DNA of 64,000 nucleotides from Chloroflexota bacterium (GCA_027623195.1 JAQBUT010000012.1:23582-87581), one strand, 5' to 3'. Shown: positions 10,901 through 21,011, counted from the first letter of the stretch. Numbers and translations are program-made. Notes: generated by a model from the sequence alone, not told the origin.

Positions 10901-11371
10901 ATGCCGGCCAAGACTTATGTACGGACCATAATTAATGGTGAGCATGTCGATTTCCTTTGTGAGCCACGCCAGAGTCTTCTGGAGTGCCTTCGCGATGTGA
11001 TCGGGCTCACGGGTACCAAAGAAGGCTGCAACGATGGCAACTGTGGCGCTTGCACTGTCTCAATGGACGGTCGGATTGTTACGGCCTGCTTAGTGCTGGG
11101 CGTTGAAGCCGAGGGCAAGGAAATAACCACCATCGAGGGTATCGCCAAAGGCAGCCAGCTACACCCGGTTCAGCAGGCGTTCCTGGAAAACGCGGCGCTT
11201 CAGTGTGGTATCTGCACGCCAGGGTTTATCGTCTCCTCTGTGGCATTGCTGGAGAAAATCCCGCAGCCTTCGGAGCATCAGATTCGATTCTGGTTGGCCA
11301 ATAACCTGTGCCGTTGCACGGGTTACGACAAGATCGTTCGAGCGGTTCAGGATGCCGCAACCAAAATGTAG
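10901..11371 (+). CDS. CoxS-family 2x[2Fe-2S] subunit
   Basis: GTKEGCNDGNCGACTV, QCGICTPG, NLCRCTGY. Confidence 0.95.
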   Translation: MPAKTYVRTIINGEHVDFLCEPRQSLLECLRDVIGLTGTKEGCNDGNCGACTVSMDGRIVTACLVLGVEAEGKEITTIEGIAKGSQLHPVQQAFLENAALQCGICTPGFIVSSVALLEKIPQPSEHQIRFWLANNLCRCTGYDKIVRAVQDAATKM

Positions 11372-11383
11372 GGAGAGGTTTTG

Positions 11384-13663
11384 ATGACCACCACCGACTA
11401 TGAGCGGAATATCGTCCTGTCCAACGTCGAGTACAATGTCGTCGGGACGCGACCGGTTCGCCCCGACGGCGCGGACAAGGTTACAGGTCGTGCGCTTTAT
11501 GGTGCCGACTTTGATACTTCGGGCCTATTACACGGAAAGGTACTGAGGAGCCCGCACGCCCATGCCAGGATAAGGTCAATCGACACCAGCAAGGCAGAGG
11601 CTTTGCAGGGCGTTTTGGCCGTGGTCACGGGCAAAGATATGCCCCACGAGGCGGACGAGAGCGACGGCACCAAGTACTCTCGCGACAACATTCTTGCCAG
11701 CGACAAGGTCCTGTATAAGGGACACGCCGTGGCTGCGGTTGCGGCCACCAATCCTCATGTCGCCGAAGAGGCTATTGGCCTGATTGAGGTGGACTACGAG
11801 GTACTGAAGCCGGTATTGACTGCCCCTGAGGCGATGAAGGACAGCGCTCCCATACTTCACGAGGGTTTGAAGACCGAGGAACTTGGGGAGAAGACCGATA
11901 AGGTCAGCAACATTGCCAATCATTTTCAGCACGTGAAGGGCGACATAGCCAAGGGATTCGCCGACGCGGACGTAGTGGTGGAGCGCGAATACAACACTGT
12001 AACCGTGCATCAGGGGTACATTGAGCCCCACGGCGCTACGGCGCTCTGGAACACCGACGGTCGCCTGCACATCTGGTGCAGCACCCAGGGGGCTTTCACG
12101 GCAAGGGACGCCACCGCTGGGATTTTGGGCGTACCAGTCTCGCAGGTCAGGGTCACGCCTATGGAGATCGGCGGAGGTTTCGGAGGCAAGATTCCTGTCT
12201 ACGTAGAGCCCATCGCTGCTCTGCTGTCCAAGAAGAGTGGACACGCCGTTAAGGTTGTTATGAGTCGGGCCGAAGTTTTCGAGTCCACCGGTCCTACCAG
12301 CGGCTCCAATATCAGGATCAAGGTAGGCGCCAAAAACGACGGCACTATTACTGCCCTCCAGGGTTACCTCGCCTTCGAGGCTGGGGGCTATCCCGGATCT
12401 CCGGTGAATGCAGGAGCGATCTGCATATTCGCAGCCTATGACGTGGACAACGTCCTGATCGATGGCTACGACGTGGTTGTAAACAAGCCCAAGTCGGCTC
12501 CTTACAGAGCGCCAGGCGCTCCTAACGCGGCCTTTGCTTGCGAGCAGGCCATTGACGAGCTGGCAGGTAAGCTGGGCATGGACCCCATAGACCTAAGATT
12601 AAAGAATGCTGCCGTAGAGGGCACTCGCCGACCGGACGGACCAGCCTTCCCCCGAATTGGTTGTGTCGAAGTCCTGGAGGCGATGAAGAACCACCCTCAC
12701 TACAGCGCACCTCTCGGTCCTAACCAGGGCCGGGGCGTTGCCATCGGGTACTGGTTCAACATAGGATTCCAGTCCAGCGTCAACATCAATGTGAACTCTG
12801 ACGGGACCATTAGCCTTATTGAAGGCTCAACAGACATCGGTGGCACTCGGGCCTCTATATCCATGCAGGCCGCGGAGGTCTTGGGCATTCCGATGGAGGA
12901 TGTCCGTCCTTCAGTGGTCGACACAGACTCGATCGGATTCACAGCCGTTACCGGTGGAAGCCGAACCACATTTGCCACAGGTTGGGCTGCCTACGAGGCC
13001 GCTCAGGACGTTGCGCGGCAGATGATCGAAAGGGCGGCAACCATTTGGGACGTGGACAAGGACGGCATCGAGTTGAAGAATGGTGTCTTCCAATCCAAGG
13101 CTGACCCGGAACTGAAGATGACCTTTAAGGAACTTTCGGGGCAACTGCTCGACACCGGCGGAACTGTAGTCGGTCGGGCCAGTATGAACGCAGGCGGTCT
13201 AGGCGCTGGTGGCGGGTCCTTCGCCGGCAACATTGTCGACGTAGAAGTGGATCCGGACACCGGAAAGACTTTAGTGACACGCATGACTGCCATTCAGGAC
13301 GCTGGTAAGGCCATTCACCCAAGCTATGTGGAAGGCCAGATGCAGGGCGGTAGCGTGCAGGGTATTGGTTGGGCGCTGAACGAGGAGTACTACATGCGGG
13401 ATGATGGCTCAATGGCCAACACCTCGTTGTTGGACTACCGCATGCCCACCAGCCTGGACATCCCAATGATCGACACGGTCATTGTGGAGGTCGCCAGTGC
13501 TGAACATCCGTATGGCGTACGTGGCGTGGGCGAGGCCAACATCGTGCCTCCAACGCCGGCCATAGCCAACGCCGTGCATAGTGCCATAGGCATCCGGATG
13601 GCGAACCTGCCGATTAATTCGGTGGCCATTATGGAAGCCAAGTGGAAGCAACAAGGGAATTAA
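11384..13663 (+). CDS. Xanthine dehydrogenase/CoxL-family molybdopterin-binding subunit (not a canonical CODH)
   Basis: LRSPHAHARI, IGGGFGGK, GQMQGG, GVRGVGE. The active-site loop reads PYRAPG. Confidence 0.92.
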   Translation: MTTTDYERNIVLSNVEYNVVGTRPVRPDGADKVTGRALYGADFDTSGLLHGKVLRSPHAHARIRSIDTSKAEALQGVLAVVTGKDMPHEADESDGTKYSRDNILASDKVLYKGHAVAAVAATNPHVAEEAIGLIEVDYEVLKPVLTAPEAMKDSAPILHEGLKTEELGEKTDKVSNIANHFQHVKGDIAKGFADADVVVEREYNTVTVHQGYIEPHGATALWNTDGRLHIWCSTQGAFTARDATAGILGVPVSQVRVTPMEIGGGFGGKIPVYVEPIAALLSKKSGHAVKVVMSRAEVFESTGPTSGSNIRIKVGAKNDGTITALQGYLAFEAGGYPGSPVNAGAICIFAAYDVDNVLIDGYDVVVNKPKSAPYRAPGAPNAAFACEQAIDELAGKLGMDPIDLRLKNAAVEGTRRPDGPAFPRIGCVEVLEAMKNHPHYSAPLGPNQGRGVAIGYWFNIGFQSSVNINVNSDGTISLIEGSTDIGGTRASISMQAAEVLGIPMEDVRPSVVDTDSIGFTAVTGGSRTTFATGWAAYEAAQDVARQMIERAATIWDVDKDGIELKNGVFQSKADPELKMTFKELSGQLLDTGGTVVGRASMNAGGLGAGGGSFAGNIVDVEVDPDTGKTLVTRMTAIQDAGKAIHPSYVEGQMQGGSVQGIGWALNEEYYMRDDGSMANTSLLDYRMPTSLDIPMIDTVIVEVASAEHPYGVRGVGEANIVPPTPAIANAVHSAIGIRMANLPINSVAIMEAKWKQQGN

Positions 13664-13760
13664 GTTAATCCGGGTCTAGGGGCTGGCGTTCAGTGCGGAC
13701 TTTCGCTTATTGTGAGAATCGGCGTTGGTCGTCGGCCCCTATGACCTTTAAGAGGCGAGT

Positions 13761-14030
13761 ATGGCAACTGTATTCATACCCTCTCTAATGCAGGGCCTCA
13801 CCGACGGTAAGCACGAGGTGCAGATCGAAGGGGCGACGGTTCGGCAGATCATCAACAACCTGGAAGTGGCGTTCCCCGGTATGAAGGAGCGGCTTCTAGA
13901 CAAAGACCATATGAAGCCCAACATATCAGTAGCCGTGGATGGAGAGGTGACTCCGCTGGGCATGCTGGCGAAGGTGGGCGAAAACAGCGAGGTGCACTTC
14001 CTGCCGGCCATAGGTGGGGGCGTTCGCTAG
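13761..14030 (+). CDS. MoaD/ThiS ubiquitin-like sulfur carrier
   Basis: 89 aa, VFIP...VAVDG...VHFLPAIGGG C-terminal motif, followed by VR. Confidence 0.85.
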   Translation: MATVFIPSLMQGLTDGKHEVQIEGATVRQIINNLEVAFPGMKERLLDKDHMKPNISVAVDGEVTPLGMLAKVGENSEVHFLPAIGGGVR

Positions 14031-14094
14031 TGCGATCTCGTTATAGTCCTCGGTCGTTGGCGAATGCGGCGAGAGGCAACAAATTTGCAACTTA

Positions 14095-14123
14095 GGGCCG
14101 ATGCCGTTTCAAGGCATCGGCCC
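14095..14123 (+). terminator. GC-rich hairpin after the Mo-enzyme operon
   Basis: GGGCCGATGCC-N7-GGCATCGGCCC. Confidence 0.55.
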
Positions 14124-14167
14124 GTCATGTTTATTCGAAGGTTATTGACAGCCGTAGGAGGTTACAA

Positions 14168-15088
14168 ATGGCAGATAAAGAAATTAAAGGTGTAGTCGTA
14201 CCGATTCTTACACCACTGAAACCCGATGAGTCGGTGGATGTGCCTTCGTTGCGTCGCCTGGCCAGCTACCTGGTCGACAATGGCGTGCATGGCATCTGGG
14301 TTTCCGGCACCACTGGGGAGTTCGCGAACCTTTCGGACAAGGAAAGGCTCATCAGCATACAGGCAGTCGTAGACGAGGTTGCGGGCCGCGTGCCGGTGAT
14401 TGGCAACGTGTCCGGCGCCAGCACGCAGCTGTCCATCAACATGGCCCTGGAAGTCCAGGAGATGGGGCTGGATGGCATAGCCGTGACACCTCCTTACTAC
14501 TATCCAAATGCGCAAGACGAGGTGCTGGACCACTACCGGCACATTCGCAGCCGGGTGGGCACGCCCTTGTGGGTGTACAACATCCCGCAGACGGTGAAGA
14601 CGGCCGTAGCGCCTGGAACCGTCGCGACCCTGGCCAGTGAGGGTGCTGTGGTTGGCGTCAAGGACAGCTCCGGCGCTGGTGAGCTTCTGGCCGAGCTTAA
14701 CGTGCTCTGCCAACAGGGCGAGCTCTCCCTGCTACGCTTCTTGGGAACGTCCTACCGCATGACGGTGGCTAAAGGCGTGGGTGTGCAGGGCGTAATCCCT
14801 GGCATAGCCAATCTGATTCCCGCCATCTCAGTCGCGTGCTGGGACGCCGGTCAGGCTGGCGACGAGGCCAAGGCCAAAGAGGCTAATGCCAAGCTGCTGG
14901 CTTTCATGAAGCTGGGCAAGCTTGCCAAGGGAGGCAGTCCTAACGCGGCTGCGTTCGGCGGCATGAAGTCTGCTTTGAAGATCATGGGCGTCATCGACGA
15001 CGACAGGATGTCCCGCCCCTTCCGTTCCTTCACCGACGACGAGAAAGCCGGCATACCGCCGATTCTCAAGGAATTGGGCCTGGCGTAG
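14168..15088 (+). CDS. DapA/DHDPS-like class I aldolase
   Basis: GTTGEF, PPYYY, YNIPQ, GVKDSSG (Schiff-base Lys). Confidence 0.92.
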   Translation: MADKEIKGVVVPILTPLKPDESVDVPSLRRLASYLVDNGVHGIWVSGTTGEFANLSDKERLISIQAVVDEVAGRVPVIGNVSGASTQLSINMALEVQEMGLDGIAVTPPYYYPNAQDEVLDHYRHIRSRVGTPLWVYNIPQTVKTAVAPGTVATLASEGAVVGVKDSSGAGELLAELNVLCQQGELSLLRFLGTSYRMTVAKGVGVQGVIPGIANLIPAISVACWDAGQAGDEAKAKEANAKLLAFMKLGKLAKGGSPNAAAFGGMKSALKIMGVIDDDRMSRPFRSFTDDEKAGIPPILKELGLA

Positions 15089-15103
15089 GTAGCTTTTTGT
15101 TCA

Positions 15104-15141
15104 CCTTAACTCGCCGTCGTTAGATATGCGGCGAGTTAAGG
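15104..15141. terminator. 13-bp inverted repeat between convergent genes
   Basis: CCTTAACTCGCCG-N12-CGGCGAGTTAAGG. Confidence 0.65.
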
Positions 15142-15172
15142 CGTTTGAGCCCTAATAACGATTCGGATTCGG

Positions 15173-16081
15173 TTAAGACGGTTCATGTACTGGGCGCACA
15201 ATGTCAAGATAGTCCTTACGCCAGAAACGTGTCTCGGTCGTGAATTTCGCCTGGTCGTACAACCGTTCTAGAATGGCGACGGCCTGTTTGAGGTTCCAGC
15301 CGAAAAGTTTGAAATATTCCCATGTGGTTTTGCTGAACCAGTGAATCACACTCGTCACTATGTATAATGCTCTGGTCAAGGTCATATCCTGTTCTAACTT
15401 TGATCGGCCGTCTACTTTTCTTAGCGCTAGTGAGATGTTGGCCCAGAATCGCCCGTGTGTAAGACCGGATAGTAGTCGGTAATCCAAGCTATCATTAAAG
15501 GCGCTCCTGGCTAGGTCCGTCGCCCCGGGCATGCCGTCCCCAAATCCTATTAATCTGTTTCTTCTGTCCAACTTATGTCTTATGCCAAGGCTGGTGGCCC
15601 GATCTTTCAGGTGTTCAATTCTCTTATCGATTACTAATGATGCATCCTGGAAATGGCTCGAGGTATTTATTTCTTGGGCGATGGCATCTCGACCGAAGGT
15701 CGCTTGTTCCCGAAGCTCTTGAAGTCTTAAACTGAAACTCCGTGAAACACGTTCGTGGCCGTCAATCGAAGTGTCCAAAAGCCAGTACCCCGTCGAAGAT
15801 GACTCCAATATGATCCTCGCTAGGGTCCAAGGCGAAAATGTCATTAACGGCTCGGTTAATGCTCTTTTCAAAAGAGACATATGATCGGCAGCGAACTCGA
15901 TTCCCCAATAACCTTGTCGATAACCCGTCGTTATTAAATCGGGATAGTCAATTTCCTTTTGTTCGAGACTCGCCTGGGAATTCGTGAACGGTTGATGGTC
16001 ATTATCAACCATAATCGAGCCTAAAGCGTCCGGCAAAGTTTGAAGAATTTCGATGGTATTTTCGAATTGTGGTTGATTCAT
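15173..16081 (-). CDS. Hypothetical helical protein, DUF5677/HEPN-like
   Basis: Long ORF, visibly more AT-rich than its neighbours. LARIILE and YRLLSGLTHG motifs. Start chosen at MNQPQF to avoid overlap with the divergent gene. Confidence 0.6.
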   Translation of the reverse strand: MNQPQFENTIEILQTLPDALGSIMVDNDHQPFTNSQASLEQKEIDYPDLITTGYRQGYWGIEFAADHMSLLKRALTEPLMTFSPWTLARIILESSSTGYWLLDTSIDGHERVSRSFSLRLQELREQATFGRDAIAQEINTSSHFQDASLVIDKRIEHLKDRATSLGIRHKLDRRNRLIGFGDGMPGATDLARSAFNDSLDYRLLSGLTHGRFWANISLALRKVDGRSKLEQDMTLTRALYIVTSVIHWFSKTTWEYFKLFGWNLKQAVAILERLYDQAKFTTETRFWRKDYLDIVRPVHEPS

Positions 16082-16184
16082 GTGGATTGGCCTATCAGGT
16101 TTGGGATGTTGAGGATCGCCCAGTTCAACGTTATCATAAATAATCGGGGTTACAGGTATTGTCGAATGAGATGCGGAGATTTGA

Positions 16185-17045
16185 TTGAGAATTTCACCAC
16201 AAACCCAAGTCGTAAAAATCACCGGAGTGCGTCTGGCCTATGTGGACTGGGGCGATAACGGACCGCCGTTGCTGATGTTGCACGGCGACCTGCGCACGGG
16301 CCGAAGCTGGGACGGCGTTGCCCGGGACTTGTACGAAAGCTTCCATGTGGTCTCGCTGGACGCTCGGGGGCACGGCGACAGCGACTGGACTCCGCGCGGA
16401 TACCGCTTCGATGACCGAGTGGAGGACTTGAAGGAGTTCTGCGACGCGCTGGGCCTGAGCGGTATTATCGGCGTGGGCCACTCCACCGGCGGCGTTGTGA
16501 TGACCTTGGCTGCGGATAAGTATCCCGAACTCTTTACGCATCTGGTCTTGCTGGAGCCTATGGTTGTGGTGGACCAGCGTTTCCAGGAGATGGTTGCCAA
16601 GCGGGCCGACATCGATCGCACCACGTGGGAGAGCCGCGATGAGGTCTACGGGTACCTGAGACGGCATCAGGCGGCAGGACGCTGGCGCGACGACGTTATC
16701 CAGGATGTGGTTGCACACGAGGCTTACGAGCGCGAGGATGGCCTCTTCGATATGAAATGGTCGGGGCACGCCTTTAACTGGGCGGACCGCGATGGCGACT
16801 TCGTGGACCTCAAGCCTGTCTTCCAGCACCTGGGCGAGGACCTGGGCATTCCTATTCTGTCCATACGCAGCAGCGACCACAAGTCCAGGGTGCCGGAGCA
16901 GCACGCCGTCCAGGACGGCGTGCCAGGTATGCATAAGCTCACCATAGAGAACGCCGACCACAACATGTACATGGAGCGTCCCGACGCCGTGGCGCAGGCC
17001 GTGGCCGATTTTGTAGAGGGACGGGTTTTGCCGGAGAGCCTTTAA
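16185..17045 (+). CDS. Alpha/beta fold hydrolase
   Basis: LHG, DARGHGDS, GHSTGG nucleophile elbow, C-terminal ADH. Confidence 0.9.
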   Translation: MRISPQTQVVKITGVRLAYVDWGDNGPPLLMLHGDLRTGRSWDGVARDLYESFHVVSLDARGHGDSDWTPRGYRFDDRVEDLKEFCDALGLSGIIGVGHSTGGVVMTLAADKYPELFTHLVLLEPMVVVDQRFQEMVAKRADIDRTTWESRDEVYGYLRRHQAAGRWRDDVIQDVVAHEAYEREDGLFDMKWSGHAFNWADRDGDFVDLKPVFQHLGEDLGIPILSIRSSDHKSRVPEQHAVQDGVPGMHKLTIENADHNMYMERPDAVAQAVADFVEGRVLPESL

Positions 17046-17112
17046 TGAAAATAGACAGTAACAATACTGCCCAATTTAAAAAAATCAGTAGATATGGGCC
17101 AGGCGTATCCTC

Positions 17113-18115
17113 TTAATCCTTTGGCCGTCCCAGCACTGGCGTTATCGGGTCGTTGAAGCCCCAGCCGGTGTGCTCGCCCGGCGGCACCAGCCTGTCGATT
17201 TCGTCCAGGGCTTCGTCGTCGATCTTCCAGCCGAGGCAGCCCAGGTTGTCCTCGTATTGCTCCAGCGTGCGCGGCCCCACTATGACCGACGTAATGATGG
17301 GGTTGGCCAAGATCCAGTTCAGGGCGAACTGCGAAAGGGGCTTGCCGTGACGGTCTGCCAACGGCTTGAGCTTTTGCGCAACATCCAGGCTTTCGTCGCG
17401 CATTTCAGTTTGCTGAATTCGCGAATCTCCCCGAGCCGCACGAGAGCCCTCAGGCAAAGCCTGGTTAGGCAGATATTTGCCGGTTAGCACGCCACGGGCC
17501 AGTGGACTGTAGACCATCATCCCTACGCCGTGCGCCTGACAGAATGGCAACTGCTCAAGCTCGATATCGCGGTTCACGATGTTATAAAGCTGCTGACCAC
17601 ACGCCACAGGGGTCAGGTTTCGACGGTCCGCTGTCCACAACGCTTCGCACATCTGCCACGCGTAGTGATTGGACATGCCGATGTAGCGTACCTTGCCCTG
17701 CCGGACCAGGTCGCTCAGGGCCTCGATGGTCTCATCCAGCGGTGTCGTGGGGTCGGGCCGATGCATCGTAGATGTCGATGTAGTCTGTCCGCAAACGGCC
17801 CAGGCTGTTCTCCACCTCGTTCATGATGTGGGCACGGCTTAACCCGCCGCCGGTAGGCCAGTCGCCCATGTTTGCGGCCACCTTGGTCACCAGCACCACC
17901 TGCTCTCGCTTGCCCTCCAGCGCCTTGCCAATGATGCGCTCTGACTCGCCGCCGTTGTAGCCGTTGGCTGTGTCGATAAAGTTAATGCCGTCGTCCAACG
18001 CCCTGTGGATTATGCGTGTGGAGTCTGCCTCGTTGGTAGGACTGCCGAACATCATGGCGCCCAGGCAAAGGCGGGACACCTTGACTCCGAAGCGCCCTAC
18101 GTTAGTGTATTCCAT
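17113..18115 (-). pseudogene. Aldo/keto reductase with a frameshift near 17767
   Basis: The N-half (VSRLCLG, FIDTANGY, SLGRLRTDYIDIY) and C-half (MHRPD, GKVRYIG, YSPLARGVLTGKY) are in different frames. Confidence 0.85.
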
Positions 18116-18163
18116 GGATTGGTGTTATCTCCTGATTTGTGATGTTGGATGCAAGGGCAGACC

Positions 18164-19372
18164 CTAGACTACCTTGTAGCCACTACGGGTTACGGCCAGG
18201 CTGCTCTCGCTCCAGGGGTGGGCGCGGGCCACATCTTCGTTGATGTCGGCACCCCAACCAGGAACAGTCGGCACCGTCATGTAGCCGTCAATGATCTCCG
18301 GCTGCGCGGTAGTCAGGTCGTCCTTCCACGGCACGTCGTCGATGTCGATCTCCATGATGCGCACGTTAGCCAGCGTGGCGCACAGATTCGCGCTGGTGAA
18401 GCTGGACAGGTGGCTGTAGTAGTTGTGTGGCGCAACGTTGTGCTGGTAAACCTCTGCCAGGTCGCCTATCTTCTTGGACTGGCTGAAGCCGTTCCACGGC
18501 ACGTCGATCATGAACATGTCCGCCGAGTGGTTCTCGAAGTAGGGGATGTAGTCCCGCATGTAGAACAGGTTCTCGCCGGTGCAGATTCTGGTCGTGGTGG
18601 AGTCCTTAATCTGGCGCAGGCTCATGTGATCGTACATGTCGATCTCCAACCACAGCATGTCGAACTGCTCCAGCACCTTGGCGATGCGCAGGGCGGACTC
18701 TGTCTTGAAGTGGAAGTTCAGGTCCAGGTTAATGTCGATGTCGTCGCCAACAGCGTCGCGGAAGGTGCCGATGAGCTTCTCGATGTGCGGAATGAGCCAC
18801 TTGGGCGCCCACTGGTCGGTGGTGCCAACGCCTCCGCTGAAGCCGCCGCCAAAGGTCGCCCCCTGTCCCGGCAGAAGAATGTTGGTCTTCAATGCCGTGA
18901 ACCCACGGGCCTTGACCTCCTTGCCCAACGCTGTGACCGCGTCCCAGGAGTCGATAGGTGGCACGCCCAGGATGTCGCTGTGGCGTACTCGGGAGCTGCC
19001 GCAGTGGGACCAGTAGACGCGGACCTTCTCGCGGGTGGGGCCGCCGAATAGCTCGGCCACGGAGATACCCAGCGCCTTGGCCTTGATGTCTATGAAGGCG
19101 CAGTCCAGGCCGGCGATGGCCTTCGCTGCGATGCCGCCGGGGCTCTGTCGCGTCGCGCGGTACATGTCCTGGAAGCGCATCTCAAAGGCCCTGGGGTCTT
19201 CGCCTATCAAGATGGGCTTTAGGTCGCGTATGGTGCCCTCGATGCCATGAGGCGATTTGCCGTCGCTGCACTCGCCCCAGCCGGTGATGCCTTCGTCGGT
19301 CTCCACCTTCACGAACATCCAAGGTCGCCAGCCTGCGTCAACGATAAAAGTCTCGATATTGGTGATCTTCAT
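18164..19372 (-). CDS. Mandelate racemase/muconate-lactonising (enolase superfamily), galactonate-dehydratase-like
   Basis: MKITNIETF, FVKVETDEGITGWGE, DIKAKALG, ICTGEN, APHN. Confidence 0.9.
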   Translation of the reverse strand: MKITNIETFIVDAGWRPWMFVKVETDEGITGWGECSDGKSPHGIEGTIRDLKPILIGEDPRAFEMRFQDMYRATRQSPGGIAAKAIAGLDCAFIDIKAKALGISVAELFGGPTREKVRVYWSHCGSSRVRHSDILGVPPIDSWDAVTALGKEVKARGFTALKTNILLPGQGATFGGGFSGGVGTTDQWAPKWLIPHIEKLIGTFRDAVGDDIDINLDLNFHFKTESALRIAKVLEQFDMLWLEIDMYDHMSLRQIKDSTTTRICTGENLFYMRDYIPYFENHSADMFMIDVPWNGFSQSKKIGDLAEVYQHNVAPHNYYSHLSSFTSANLCATLANVRIMEIDIDDVPWKDDLTTAQPEIIDGYMTVPTVPGWGADINEDVARAHPWSESSLAVTRSGYKVV

Positions 19373-19447
19373 GTCGTCCCTCACAAGTTTATTTCATGAA
19401 TCTTCCGGCACGGATGATATCACAAATTACAGTCGTTTGAGGCTTCC

Positions 19448-19476
19448 TTGACAGGTGGATGATGCATTCATAGGAT
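19448..19476 (+). promoter_or_regulatory. Sigma70-type promoter of the amidase-monooxygenase pair
   Basis: TTGACA-N17-TAGGAT. Confidence 0.6.
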
Positions 19477-19589
19477 AGACGTTAACCTGATGCCTGAGGA
19501 ATGAGCCGAGGGTGCTCCGTCAGTCTGAAAAACCTAAATGATTTGGTGATTCGCAGTACGTTGGAAGTCTTAATAAGAAGGAGCCCGCT

Positions 19590-21011
19590 ATGGTGGATGA
19601 AAAATTGGCCTTCGCACCGGCGCACGAGGTGGCAGAATTAATAGCGACGAAGCAGGTGTCTCCTGTCGAGATGACGCAGCTTTTCTTCGATCGCATCGAA
19701 CGTCTGGACTCGCAGCTAAACTCCTATCTTACGCTGACGTACGATGAGGCGATGCAGACGGCTAGGGAAGCCGAGCAGGCCGTGGTCCGTGGAGATGAGC
19801 TTGGGCTGCTGCATGGCGTGCCCATTTCCGTCAAGGATTTGGAGCTGACCAGGGGTATCCGGACTACCAGCGGCTCGCTGCACTTCAAGGACAGAGTGCC
19901 GGACGAGGACTCCATTGTTGTGGAGCGGGTGCGCAGCGCCGGGGCGGTCATCCTGGGTAAGACGAATACTCCGGAGTTTGGCCACAGGGGGGTGACCGAT
20001 AACCTGCTGGGCGACTCCTGTCGCAACCCCTGGAATACCGAGCGAACATCTGGCGGGTCAACAGGAGGAGGTGCGGCTGCCCTGGCTGCTGGCCTGTGCT
20101 CCCTGGCCACTGGCAGCGACGGCGGCGGCTCATTACGCATCCCGGCAAGCTTCTGCGGTGTGTATGGCATCAAGCCGACGCAGGGCAGGGTGCCGCGCTA
20201 TGGCGGAGCGGCCGCACCTTTAGTAGCCAACCAGCTTAGCCAGTCAGGCTCTCTATCCAGGAACGTGCGGGACTCGGCGTTGCTGCTGCAGGTGCTGGCT
20301 GGGTACGACTCTCGGGACCCAGCTTCTATACGTGAGGATGCCCCGGATTTCCTTGCGGCCTTGGATATGGACGTCAGTGGTATGAGGATAGCCTGGAGCC
20401 CGGACTACGGCTACGCGCCTGTGGACCCGGAGGTCGTGGAGGTGTGCGCCCAGGCGGCCAAGGCTTTCGAAGAGCTAGGCTGCACGGTGGAGGAAACCGA
20501 CCTGGTTCTTGACGCGCCCATTGAGCCTTTCCGCATCGTCTTCTCAGTGAATACCTATGCGGCCATGGGCGAGATGGTGGACAAGTATGAAGATGAGCTG
20601 ACGGACTACTTCATGGACAACATGAGGTTCGCCAGGACTGTCAGCGCGTCCGACTACGCCCGAGCCGTGGGCTACATCGACAAGCTTACGGCCCAGTTCG
20701 AAGACCAGTTGGACCAGTTTGATCTGATCCTTTCGCCGACCATGGCGGTGCCGCCGTTCTCGGTGGGACAGATCCCGACGGAGATCGCTGGTCAGCCTGT
20801 TGATGGCTTCGTTGGATTCATGCCATTTACATACCCCATCAACATGATCGGTAACTCAGCGGCCAGTGTTCCGGCGGGTTTCTCATCGGGAGGCCTGCCC
20901 ATTGGTCTGCACATCGTCGGCGGGTGGGGCGACGAGGAGACGGTGCTAGCGGCTTCGGCGGCCTTCGAACAGGTACGTCCGTGGACGGACAAGAGGCCGG
21001 CAGTATCTTAG
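19590..21011 (+). CDS. Amidase-signature family amidase
   Basis: GVPISVKD, GKTNTPEFG, SGGSTGG, GSDGGGSLRIPA. Confidence 0.95.
   Translation: MVDEKLAFAPAHEVAELIATKQVSPVEMTQLFFDRIERLDSQLNSYLTLTYDEAMQTAREAEQAVVRGDELGLLHGVPISVKDLELTRGIRTTSGSLHFKDRVPDEDSIVVERVRSAGAVILGKTNTPEFGHRGVTDNLLGDSCRNPWNTERTSGGSTGGGAAALAAGLCSLATGSDGGGSLRIPASFCGVYGIKPTQGRVPRYGGAAAPLVANQLSQSGSLSRNVRDSALLLQVLAGYDSRDPASIREDAPDFLAALDMDVSGMRIAWSPDYGYAPVDPEVVEVCAQAAKAFEELGCTVEETDLVLDAPIEPFRIVFSVNTYAAMGEMVDKYEDELTDYFMDNMRFARTVSASDYARAVGYIDKLTAQFEDQLDQFDLILSPTMAVPPFSVGQIPTEIAGQPVDGFVGFMPFTYPINMIGNSAASVPAGFSSGGLPIGLHIVGGWGDEETVLAASAAFEQVRPWTDKRPAVS

Noticed and set aside
10025..13663. Aerobic CO dehydrogenase (coxMSL) call
   Set aside because: The active-site loop is PYRAPG, not AYxCSFR or AYxGAGR, and no coxDEFG accessory genes are present.
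18149..19051. 300-aa ORF antisense to the enolase-family gene, and similar shadow ORFs (e.g. 16194-16961, 29269-30024, 41279-42301)
   Set aside because: They overlap well-supported genes and show no motifs. Long shadow frames are expected in GC-rich coding DNA.
19590..21011. gatA assignment for the amidase
   Set aside because: No gatB or gatC is adjacent, and the context is catabolic. Kept as a generic amidase.
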